From Podospora anserina (taxonomy: Eukaryota): a stretch of DNA of 64,000 nucleotides. The translations under genes and the position numbers were made by a program. The notes beneath the pieces were generated by a model. It saw only the letters and a program-made list of their open reading frames with translations, made no database searches and was not told the DNA's origin. Position 1 is the first letter of the stretch, and each line of letters starts with the position of its first letter. Where the stretch lies: contig CM030332.1 in NCBI GenBank assembly GCA_017654855.1, positions 1,922,001 through 1,986,000 of the forward strand. The letters are read 5' to 3'. Positions 13,591-23,985 of this stretch are shown piece after piece.

Positions 13591-14954
13591 TTTTGGTGTA
13601 TCCTCCCAGCCTGGAAGTCGAGTTGTCGACGGGGAGAAGGTTGGATGGCCTCGAACAAAGACGACTGCTCACGAGACTTGGACAGGCGTAGATAGGCACA
13701 TGAAGGCTGTCCAGATCTATGGAGATAAGTTTTGATCTGGCGCGGTTGAAGGTCGTATGTAGACCCTTTTAACCTTTGTGCCACCTGCACGTTTGTTGCC
13801 GACCGATGAGACCCGAGGGTTTGGGTCAGGAAGAGCGGATGGGGTATGTTGTTGATCAAATGTGAGGTAGATGTCAAAAACATGCCATTGATTGGAACAC
13901 AGTAGGTAGCGCACCCAATGCCTTAAGTCAGGCTCGCGCGGAGGAAGGACGTCACCGAAGGTTGGGGTCAGTGCCGGGGCAACGTCCGGGGAAGCGGATG
14001 AGGAGGGGTGGTGAGAAACCTGATAGGAGATTGCAACCATGGCAAGGAATTCCAACCGTAGCATGTCTGGGATTTTGTGTGTTCTCTTTTGGGGGTGATT
14101 GGCCATGTCGCTGACTGCTGATCCGACCTTCCTAATTGGAAGGCCCTCGAGTTGACAATGGTGGGATTGAACGCTAGAACCGTGTGAGTGCCGATCTGAG
14201 GTTTCCCTGCCCCACTACACGTCGTGTAACGTCAACACTGTGACCTTCCGATCCGCTCACTGTCTTCCACCGTAGCTACCCGTTTGCCATGGCATCGGTA
14301 AGAAAAGAGGTATCGCGTTTGGAATTCGACCCAGGAGTACGTGATCCAGTCGGACGGTGGCGGTAAGAAGAGGCGATAAAAGGCACGCTAGAGGATGTGC
14401 TCGCGTGTGGCTTTCGCCATCAACGGCTGTTGAAGGTTCTCCAAGATTTTGAGAATCGGTGAATGGATCAAGTTAGAAATGCCTTTAGAAACACCCTAAG
14501 GTACCTAGGTGTGAATCCCTTTTGGTAAGGTAGGTAATACAAACAGGAAGTGTTAGGTGTAGGTGAGGCACCCTGCTCAGGAGCCGATGTGTGCTCAGAA
14601 TTGTGACATCACATGAGAACGGAATGTCTTCCAACACCCAGCGTTGATATGCATTTGAAGATCTAGTCCAGCAAAAGATATATCCCCAGATCATCAATTC
14701 GCATCGATACCATCAAAACTATTAGTTTTTTGCTGATTTGACACTGCCGAAAGTCCAGTTGACAAAAATACTCCGTACAGCGAGGGATGCTTGATCAACT
14801 GATAACTGTCGGAAAACGGAAGGTCGCCCTTCCCGCCAAGTCCAACCCTTGCAAACCCCCAATTAATTTTGCAGACCACCTCACATCCTCACCACATCTC
14901 GTGGTCCAAAGAAGTTTTTCATCTTTCCATCTGGACCATGCCCTAACCTCCCCT

Positions 14955-15410
14955 TCACTCCGACACGACCGCTTGACACTTGATCTCAACATTGAGCCTC
15001 TCGTTGGGCAGCGCAGCAACCTGAACGCAAGTCCGAGCTGGTGCTTTGGTGCGGTCTGGCCAAACTTTGTTCCACTCGGCGTTCATGGCGGCGTAATCGC
15101 TTCGAATATCCGTCAAGAAGACAGTCGCGTCCACAACACTTTCAAGACCACATTTCCCGTCCGTGGCCCCGCGAATGATGGTTTCGATGTTCCTCAGAAC
15201 AGCTGCTGTCTGTGCCCCGCAGTCCAAAATGTGTGTTCCGTCGGCCTGAGTTTCGCAACCTTCGTAGGTGCCGTCCCCGCGTCGACTCGAGGTACCCGAT
15301 ACGAATATTGTTCGCGCCGTGCTTGGGATGGTGCGGGCATGAGGATAGTTGGCCAGCCCCTGGGCTCCAGTCGCTGGCAGCAAATAGCCTGTTCCGTTTG
15401 GTGATGCCAT
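14955..15410 (-). CDS. RidA/YjgF/YER057c/UK114-family protein, probable 2-aminomuconate deaminase
   Basis: LANYPHAR..IFVSGTSSRR..QTAAVLRNI..DATVFLTD..YAAMN..PARTCVQVAALP..VEIK. The VSGTSSRR motif resembles bacterial 2-aminomuconate deaminases. Divergent from the ALDH8-like gene. Confidence 0.85.
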   Translation of the reverse strand: MASPNGTGYLLPATGAQGLANYPHARTIPSTARTIFVSGTSSRRGDGTYEGCETQADGTHILDCGAQTAAVLRNIETIIRGATDGKCGLESVVDATVFLTDIRSDYAAMNAEWNKVWPDRTKAPARTCVQVAALPNERLNVEIKCQAVVSE

Positions 15411-15766
15411 TTTGCGTTTGATGTAGTCTTTTGTCGACAGGATATGGTAGTTGAGGCCCAGTTGGTGATACTTGACATCGGACGTTGTTATACCGAAGCC
15501 AAGAACCCCTCCGGCCCCTCACTGAGGTCCCGTTCGATAAGCGCCAAGCGCCGGATCCCGTTGTGACCTACCTGACCCGCCTTCCGTCCCGACCCGCGAT
15601 TTGCCGACACTACTGCTGCTCTACATCACTGGCCTTGAATCTTGTCTCAATACATGTGACATATTCACCAGAGCACCATATTGTCCTATTTCTACCCCTG
15701 GATAATCCAATCTTTGTTGTGCCATCGCTAAAAGTGTTTTGAAGTGTTGCTCTTGTATCGACAAAT
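15411..15766. promoter_or_regulatory. 356-bp bidirectional promoter (RidA/ALDH) containing a CGG-N11-CCG inverted triplet at 15479-15495
   Basis: Head-to-head ATGs at 15410 and 15767; sequence TCGG-ACGTTGTTATA-CCGA. Confidence 0.55.
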
Positions 15767-17430
15767 ATGTCGTCCTCGACCTCAGACAGACGGTTGAGTG
15801 AGCTGTGGAACTGCGTTACGCTCGACGAGGCAAGCTCACTTATAAACTCCACAAGCAGCCCCTTCTCACTTCAGAACTTTGTTGGAGGCCAATACATTGC
15901 TCCTCATGACTCCTTGACCAGCTCCTCGCAACACATCACCTCGTTCGAGCCAAAGACTGGTCGTCCCATCTACACGCTTCCGTGTACTCAACCCCATGCC
16001 GTTGAGGCGGCCATCAAAGCCGCCAAGGCGGCTTTTCCATCATGGAGCAAAACAGCCCGTGCAGAGAGATCGGCCATTCTCTGGAAAGTGAGCGAACTGC
16101 TCCAGCAAAACAGAGAAGTCTTTGCGATCTGGGAAAGCATCGACCAGGGAAAGACACTGGATAGAGCTAGGGTAGAGGTTGATAGGGCCATATCCAACTT
16201 CTCGTAAGAGATCAAAAAAAGCTAGGCGGTATTCTTTCTCTTGGTGGCTGATAAAGAGGGCAGATATTTTTCGACCTTTATCCTCCACGAGCAAACAGCC
16301 GCGCGGATGGTGGATGGAGTTGCTCTTACCTATGAACATCGCTCACCAGCCGGCGTATTTGCCCTGATCTCACCATGGAACATGCCGTTGTATCTGCTCA
16401 CCTGGAAGATTGCACCTTGTCTCGCCTTTGGGTGTACGGCTGTTGCGAAGCCAAGCGAGGTGACGAGCATGACGGCCTTCTGTGAGTTCATTCGTTGAAT
16501 CGCCACTTATATGCTGTGCTAACAACTGCTACAGTGCTGGGTGATATCTTCCAAAAAGCCGGAGTCCCACCTGGAGTCATCAATATCATCTTTGGCGACG
16601 GAGCAACAACCGGTGCCGCCCTGGTGGCATCGCCGTTGATCAACGGCGTATCATTCACTGGAGGCACTCAGACCGGCATTGCTATCCGCCGCCTTACTGC
16701 GCATCAGATAGGGAAGCATCTTTCCCTCGAGCTGGGCGGCAAGAACCCGACTTTGGTCTTTGCAGACTCGATGGTGCCTTCAGTGCGCGAACGTACCATC
16801 CGGGTTGCTGCCATGGCTGCCTTTGAGAACCAGGGAGAAATTTGCCTCTGTGGCTCGCGGATTTATGTTGAAAAGTCTGTTTACAACGACTTTGTCCGCG
16901 ACTTTACGGCTTATGTCAGGGAGAAATACGTGCTGAAGCAGACTGTCGGGGCGGTTGCCAGCTTGCAGCATTGCGACAAGATCAGGGGATATCTCGAGTT
17001 GGCTGCGGAACAAAAGGCGACATTTCATCTTGGGGGTGCTCCGCCAACTTTGAACGAGGATGAGGCCCAGGGATACTGGATCGAACCGACTATCTTGACG
17101 GATGTGGCCAAGAATTCGGCGATTCAGATTGATGAGATATTCGGCCCCGTGGTGACCATTACTCCTTTTGACAATGAACAGGAGGCAATCCAGCTTGCGA
17201 ATGATAGCGAATATGGACTGGCAGCCATTCTACTAACGACTGACGGAGCAAGGATGAGACGTGTGGGAGAGCAGCTCGAAGCTGGTTTGGTCTGGGTCAA
17301 CTGCTGGTTGGTCCGAGAGCTTGGAACTCCTTTCGGCGGAATGAAGAACAGCGGAACAGGAAGAGAAGGAGGCGAGCATTCCAGAGACGTGTTCACCGTT
17401 GTGAGAACACTGCATCTGCCCGCCTACTAG
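15767..17430 (+). CDS. Aldehyde dehydrogenase, ALDH8A1-like, probable 2-aminomuconate 6-semialdehyde dehydrogenase; 3 exons (15767-16203, 16264-16481, 16535-17430)
   Basis: [30 protein letters not shown] (catalytic Glu), [11 protein letters not shown] (catalytic Cys) and [18 protein letters not shown] are typical of ALDH8/hydroxymuconate semialdehyde dehydrogenases. Canonical introns. Confidence 0.9.
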
Positions 17431-17995
17431 GACCCTATCAACACCATGGCCGCAGGGCACGTGGCGCCCACGATGATAGCTGAAAAGCGGCTGGACTTTG
17501 GACCTTCCACAATGGTCAGCTGGATGCTAAGCGACTATCGATACGACCAAGCGTTTTCCTGGATCTACAGGCTCAGAGTTCACCGGTTTACCGCAACAAA
17601 GCTCGCCGGCATTAGCGCAGTCGGCTTGTCGCGGGTATCTCTCCCGGGCACAGGACGGACTTGGGCAATTGACCAATCAGCGCCGTATCCGTTCCGCCAT
17701 CCGTCATCCGACATCCGCATTTTCGACCACCACAAACAAACAATTGCAAGCCTGTGCCTGGTGCTGCATGTGTGTGAACGTGATTGGATTTGGGGTGGAA
17801 CATGACATCACGTTGATATACTTGCAGGTTTCTCATTGATCATTGATATAGCACAATATAGTTTTACGATTCCCATCTTATTCTAGGTTGGGAAACGCTT
17901 CCTCGATGTTTTGACAACCTTCATATCGTCACTTATATCCACATCACGATCGCCAGCATCAATACCATCAAGTATCACCACCAAGCATAATCATC

Positions 17996-19399
17996 ATGGC
18001 ACCACCAATCCAAGACTACAACTGCTGCTCCAGCTCCTCCTCCCCCTCCATGTCCTCCTCCCCAGACACCCCAATCACCCCAACAACGCCAACAATCCGC
18101 CCGGCCTCGAAGCTCTTCAGAATAGACATGCACACCCACATCATGCCCCCATCCCTCCCAGACCTCTCCTCCCTCACCCCACCATCAGACAGCACCTACC
18201 AATGGCCCTCCTTCCGCCCCGTCTCCTCCCCCGACGCCAAGCCCGGGGAGATCGACATGTTTGTCGGCCCAAACTTCTTCCGCCGCGTCCAAGCAAACTG
18301 CTACGACCCCGCCGTCCGCATCAAGGAGATGGACGCCGTAGGCGTAGACGTCCAAGTCCTCTCCACCGTCCCAGTTCTCTTCTGCTACGACGCCCCGCTA
18401 GAGCCAGCGGTTGTTCTGGCCAGGGCGTTGAATGATCACATCGCGGAGATATGCCGGCGGTACCCTGAACGGTTCGCCGGGTTGGGGACTGTGCCATTGC
18501 AGGATACCACCTCCACAGTGGAAGAGCTGAGACGGATAAAAGGAATGAAGGGGATGAAGGGGATCCAAATCGGGACTTCGATCACGGAGAACATGATGCT
18601 AGATGATGAGCGGCTAGAGGAGTTCTGGAAGGAGTGCGAGGAGTTGGATGTGCCTGTTTTTGTGCACCCTTTGGGGTATTCCCTGCCGAGGGAGAATAAG
18701 GCCCGGTGGGGGAAATACTGGGGGAGTTGGCTTGTTGGTATGCCTTCTGAGACGGCGTTGGCCATGTTGGCGGTTACGTGCTCGGGGTTGTTGGGGCGGT
18801 ATCCGAGGTTGAGGGTTTGCTTTGCTCATGCGGGTGGGGCTTTTCCTGCTTTGATGGGGAGGGTGCAGAAGGGGTATGGTTGTAGGTCGGACTTGGTTGC
18901 TATGGACTCGCCGGGGGTTTCACCGAAGGATTATTTTAGGGGGAAAGGAGGTGAGGAGGAGGGAGGGATATATCTTGATTCTTTGACGCATGATCCTGAT
19001 TTGTTGGGGTTTATACTTGCAAAGTTGGGGCCAGGTGGGAAGGGGAGGGTTTTACTTGGGAGTGACTACCCTTTTCCGCTGGGTGAGGTGCCCATGGCAG
19101 GAAAGATGATTGTTGAGGATGAGAGTGTGGATCAGTTCTTGAAGTGGGAGGAGAAGGCGTGGATTCTGGGGAGAAATGCCATCAGGTTTTTGAAGTTGGG
19201 GAAGGAGTTTGAGAGCAGATTCAACAGCAGGTTGCAAGAAGCTGCTGACGAGAGTTGGAATAAGTGGAACAGTACTGTATCGGGAGGGCTGCCTGTCAGG
19301 CCAAAGGAGATTGCGCACAGTGGAGGGAGAGATGGCAGACCGGTGATGATTCGTGATCAGGACTGGGAGGTGTCGTCTTTTAGTAGTGAAAGTCTGTAG
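17996..19399 (+). CDS. ACMSD: 2-amino-3-carboxymuconate-6-semialdehyde decarboxylase (amidohydrolase superfamily); intronless
   Basis: IDMHTH (HxH metal motif), [37 protein letters not shown] and [12 protein letters not shown] all match ACMSD. Confidence 0.92.
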   Translation: MAPPIQDYNCCSSSSSPSMSSSPDTPITPTTPTIRPASKLFRIDMHTHIMPPSLPDLSSLTPPSDSTYQWPSFRPVSSPDAKPGEIDMFVGPNFFRRVQANCYDPAVRIKEMDAVGVDVQVLSTVPVLFCYDAPLEPAVVLARALNDHIAEICRRYPERFAGLGTVPLQDTTSTVEELRRIKGMKGMKGIQIGTSITENMMLDDERLEEFWKECEELDVPVFVHPLGYSLPRENKARWGKYWGSWLVGMPSETALAMLAVTCSGLLGRYPRLRVCFAHAGGAFPALMGRVQKGYGCRSDLVAMDSPGVSPKDYFRGKGGEEEGGIYLDSLTHDPDLLGFILAKLGPGGKGRVLLGSDYPFPLGEVPMAGKMIVEDESVDQFLKWEEKAWILGRNAIRFLKLGKEFESRFNSRLQEAADESWNKWNSTVSGGLPVRPKEIAHSGGRDGRPVMIRDQDWEVSSFSSESL

Positions 19400-19562
19400 T
19401 TCGTATAACTAGGCTTACAGGAATCAATGCAACAATACCGATGATGGTGCTTAATAGAGTCATGTACAATAGGGGAGAAAACTCATGGGTAAATACGGCA
19501 AGATGCTATCTAAGAAGCTCAACGCTGAATGATATCCAAGAACAGAAGATGTGCCTACGTCT

Positions 19563-21331
19563 TCAACACTCTTGCTTGCCGTCTTCATACCCTGCAGTCG
19601 CTGCCACCGCTCCGGTGGGCTTCACATCCCCCGGTGTACTTCTGTTGCGCTTCCTCCACATTTCCATTCCCTTCAGTCTCTCAAGCCTCTCTCGAAATGC
19701 CCTCCCCGCCTCCATCTTTTGTGAGCGAAGCTTGGTCATGATCTCCGTTTTCTCCAGTTTCTGAAGATTCTCGTTCATCGTCGCGTTCACTTCAGCTCGC
19801 TGTGTCCAAAGGTCCCATACTGCGAGAACTAGCAGTGTGACTGGGCCAGCCACAGCCCATAATACCCAGAAATGGGCTGTCAGCTGTAGCCTGTCCTCGT
19901 CGGATATCTTCGTGAAAGGTGCCATGACCGTCTGTGTAGAAAGTCAGCAAATACCAGTGAGGTAAGACAGGTAGCAGAGGGCAGGAATATCTACCGCAAT
20001 AGCCGTGGCTGGCAGAAAAACCATGGTCAGAAGAGCAATGCTTTTCATTGCTGAAGAGTCCCGTCATGTCTCGCGAGCGATTTCTTGTTGCATGAGGTTA
20101 TACAGCTGTTTAAAAAGACTACATAGTATTGCGCCACATTATGATGAATGACACTGTAACCATTTTTGAACGTACCACTTGCAAATTCAAATGCACATCT
20201 GTATCATGTGTTCGTGCTGATGAAACAAACTCCGACTGCGCACAGATGCAAGCTCCAGAAACCGCCTGCTTCGGCTGCCATCATAGATCTCTGGCTCTTG
20301 CTCGACTCCAAATCGTTGACAATGATGCTGAATCTTGCTGATGGCTGCAATGATCGAACCGTGAAGGGGCTGGAACATTGTAAAACTCCTGTTTCGCAAG
20401 TATCGATGTTGCGTAGTAGGCGTCATATGCAGCCCAGAAAAGAATTTGTCTCGTTCTTCGATTTCATTCCCAGCATCCTGAAGAAGATCTGCCTCTTGAA
20501 GAGCCACCTTCTTATCCATGACCGCTAGAGTTTCGTTGACAAACTGAAGGTTCTTTCGTATTACATTCACTTGGCTTTTGATGTCCAGCAGAGCCCACTA
20601 GTAGATTAGCAAAGGTAGAAGTAGGATCCTTGATATGGTCCTTGCAGTGTACGACGTTAACCGGCACAGACATATGTTCTGATTCAACCCGATCGGCGAC
20701 ATATAATCGCTGTGTCAAGCGGAGAGATGGATTATAGCTAAGCGCCATGGAAATCCAGCATTTAGGGGAGGTATTCCAGTTGAGTGTCAAGCCTGCAATG
20801 GTTCTTTTATCAACACTTGCACGGTAGTCAATAATACCCTCTCAGAGAATCTGCTTCTCATCTAATGCTGAGGCGTTGGTGCCAAGATCTTCAGTAGTAA
20901 CAGATAGAACTGTTGATCCTTTGCTCGTAAGATCCCTGACATACGATTTTGGCAGTTCCATTGTCTGCATCATCTCCATCCACCGCTCTCTTGTGAAGGG
21001 TACTGCCCAGGCTGATTCCACAGCCCAGGAGCCATAAATCAGTCGCAGGATTCCTGTAGGCGGGTTCTCAAGTTCATCCTCAGGGACGAATCATCCTTCT
21101 GCTCTCAACCATTATCCAAAGTCGTCTGAGTCCGTGTTGAGAGTACAGTAGTCTTTGACTTTTGTTGGGAGTGACTGAGGAAAGAATCAATGATTATTGC
21201 CCTGCGCTTTAACCAATGCTTCGGATCAAACACACCTCAAAGGACACAATTTCTAGACATCCCACTTCTCTTGCATCAGCATCAGATGCGAACGTTAGCC
21301 AGTCTGTGTATGGAAGTCCAAAGACGTCCAT
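19563..21331 (-). pseudogene. Decayed CorA-like (two C-terminal TM) fungal membrane-protein gene
   Basis: Spliced C-terminus LYNLMQQEIARET*RDSSAMKSIALLTMVFLPATAIA..HFWVLWAVAGPVTLLVLAVW, with an in-frame TGA at 20066-20064. Frameshifts near 20190 and 20570 and further breaks upstream. The start at 21331 is tentative. Confidence 0.7.
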
Positions 21332-22077
21332 TTTCCAAGTTTACAACCCGAGTATGGGGTTGAACGCCGAAACTGGATGTGGTGCAATGTCAAGGTCGGT
21401 ATTATCAAAGGAAAATGATCGTGAAATCCAGAGGATATGAATGCTCACAATTCACTGTCAACAACCTTCTTCCCTTTTCATCAATTTCATTTACCTAACA
21501 GTTAACAGTGTTGCCACCCAATAAGCCACAAATTCTTCCTGAAAAAGCGCTGAATGATGAACTAGTTTAGTTTTGCAGCTGTGCACGTGCGTGGACTCAA
21601 ATGGTTGGCTAGGTGCTCAAGGGGACATGTATGGTACGTCAACCTTGAATTGATCACAACGTTGACATTTGTTCTTCCTATAGGGACTGGTTAGAACATC
21701 ATGGTTTTGATCTCAAACGTGGCGTTGCCTTCCGAACTTCGGAACCACTGGGAACCACTTCCAGACAGCCACCCCGTCTTGCTTGGCCCTGCCTGAAGCC
21801 CCGCTCTCGCCACTCCCCACCCGAAACTTGAGTTGACCTCTTATATCACCCCTCTGAGACAATCTGGGGCCACGATCATCTTTCACTAGTGAACTGAGAC
21901 TTGCATACCCCAGTTATCGGAGACCACTCCCAGGTAATAATGGGGTTTATACCCCGGATACCAGGTGCCCGACCAATATCACTCAACCGTCGACTGCATA
22001 GACACACCGCTTGAGGATATCACCAGAAGGGTCTGAGCCACCCAATACAATTCAGAACAATTCGCCTGGTCGCCATA

Positions 22078-23730
22078 ATGTCCACTCAAGCAACCCTCTT
22101 CACCAATGGCCGCATTTTTCTCTCCGGAGTAAACCCCGGCACCAACGCCGGTCTCACCCGGTCCCCAACATTTGCCGACTGCATGCTCGTCCGTGGTGAC
22201 AAGATTGAACATGTCGGCTCATCTTCAGATGAGGTCATCAGCACGGCTCTTGCCTCCAGATCAGTAACCACCCATGACCTCCAAGGAAAAACCGTTCTCC
22301 CTGGATTCGTTGATGGGCATCTTCATCTCATGCTCCTTGGTCAAGCTCTCAACAAGCTTGACCTGGTGAGATGCAAAGACCTCGAAGAAATCCGTTCAAC
22401 CATCAGAGAATATGCTGCCGCCAACCCAGACATGCCTCGCATCTTATGCAGAGGATACATGCACATTCAACTTCCCAACGGAGCCACAGCCGCTGACCTG
22501 GACGACCTCGACGAGCTCAACCGTCCCATCCTCATCGACTCCAAAGACCTTCACTCAACCTGGTGCAACACAGCCGGCATCAAAGAACTCGGCGCAGAAA
22601 ACTGGGCCGACGTCCCAGGCGGCGTCATCGAAAGGAACTCCAACGGCAAGCTCACCGGCGTCTTCGCCGAAGCAGCCAACATCACTTACGTTTGGCCCTA
22701 TCTCGCCAGCGTAGCCTCCATGGAAGAGCGTACAGCCGCCATCCGCTCCGCCGTCACAGCCTACCACGAAGCAGGCTACACCGGCATGATCGACATGGCC
22801 ATGGACGAAGGCGCCTGGGAAGCCATCCAAGCCCTCATCGCAACCGACGGCTCCATCCCCATCCGCCTCGCCTGCTACTGGCTCGTCAAGCCCCTCCCAA
22901 CCGAAGCCGAAACCCTCGCCCAAGTCGACCGCGCCATCGAGCTCGCCTCCCAGTTCAACGCCTCCACCGCCCCCGACTGCCGCATCGTCGGCATCAAGGT
23001 AATCTGCGACGGCATCATCGACGCCTGCACCGCCGGCCTCTCCCAGCCCTACGAGCACAACTCCCACTTCGAAGTCCCCCTCTGGACCCACGCCCAGCTC
23101 GAACCAGTCGTCAAACGCGCCAACGCCGCCGGCCTCCAAATCGCCCTCCACGCCATCGGCGACGCAACCATCAAGATGGTAGTCGACATCCTCTCCGCCC
23201 ACGCCAACCCAGACAACCGCCCCCGAGTAGAGCACATCGAGCTCGCCAGCGCAGAAGACGCCGCCCGCCTGGGCCAAAACCGCATCACAGCCTCCATCCA
23301 GCCCGTCCACGCCGACCCAGCCATCCTCAAAGCCTGGCCCAAACTCCTCGGCCAGCACCGCTGCGGTAGAGCCTTTGCCTACCGCGAATTCGCCGACCAC
23401 GGCGCGCCCCTCGCTCTGGGAAGCGACGCCCCTACCGCACCTCACGCCCCGCTTGGAAACGTCTATGTGGCCACCACCCGCAAATCATACCGCGAGCCGG
23501 AGCTCGAAACAGCCGTCAACCCTCATTTTGCCCTCGGACTGTGCGAGTCTGTCGCCGCGGCTACGGAAGGGGCAGCCTACAGTTGCTTTGACGACCACAG
23601 AATAGGCTCGTTGAAGAAGGGTCACAAAGCTGACTTTGTCGTCGTGGACATGGAGTGGGAAAATGAGAAGCTGATGCAGTCCAAGATTACAGAGACGTGG
23701 TACGACGGGAACAAGGTGTTTTCGGCTTGA
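22078..23730 (+). CDS. Metal-dependent amidohydrolase, YtcJ/NfdA-like (amidohydrolase_3); intronless
   Basis: VLPGFVDGHLH (HxH), GIKVICDG, ALHAIGD, RVEHIE, SIQPVHA, LGSDAP and GHKADFVV motifs. Confidence 0.88.
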   Translation: MSTQATLFTNGRIFLSGVNPGTNAGLTRSPTFADCMLVRGDKIEHVGSSSDEVISTALASRSVTTHDLQGKTVLPGFVDGHLHLMLLGQALNKLDLVRCKDLEEIRSTIREYAAANPDMPRILCRGYMHIQLPNGATAADLDDLDELNRPILIDSKDLHSTWCNTAGIKELGAENWADVPGGVIERNSNGKLTGVFAEAANITYVWPYLASVASMEERTAAIRSAVTAYHEAGYTGMIDMAMDEGAWEAIQALIATDGSIPIRLACYWLVKPLPTEAETLAQVDRAIELASQFNASTAPDCRIVGIKVICDGIIDACTAGLSQPYEHNSHFEVPLWTHAQLEPVVKRANAAGLQIALHAIGDATIKMVVDILSAHANPDNRPRVEHIELASAEDAARLGQNRITASIQPVHADPAILKAWPKLLGQHRCGRAFAYREFADHGAPLALGSDAPTAPHAPLGNVYVATTRKSYREPELETAVNPHFALGLCESVAAATEGAAYSCFDDHRIGSLKKGHKADFVVVDMEWENEKLMQSKITETWYDGNKVFSA

Positions 23731-23985
23731 GATCCGAGGTAATGTATGATGGGGTAAGAAAAAAAAAGACGGCTCGGTTGGGGTTCCGAAGAGTGGGAAA
23801 CTTTATCTTCGGATGACCAGCAGACTTACCGAGAAAATGGAAGGCCGGGTGGGCCGTGGGCGACAGTATATCATGCAGGTTGAGGGGTGGCAGGAAACCT
23901 GGTAACGTGGTCGGGATGGATTCTTGAATTCGCAAAAAACAAAAACAAAATGGCTTGGATATCATATCATACATTTTCTCCCAAA

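Noticed and set aside
20064-20066. TGA-CGG as a programmed readthrough signal in the CorA-like gene
   Set aside because: The gene has additional frameshifts upstream, so simple decay is more parsimonious.
22555-23445. Long antisense and alternate-frame ORFs over the amidohydrolase (likewise over LDH, 10114..10986)
   Set aside because: Shadow ORFs produced by strong codon bias of the real genes.
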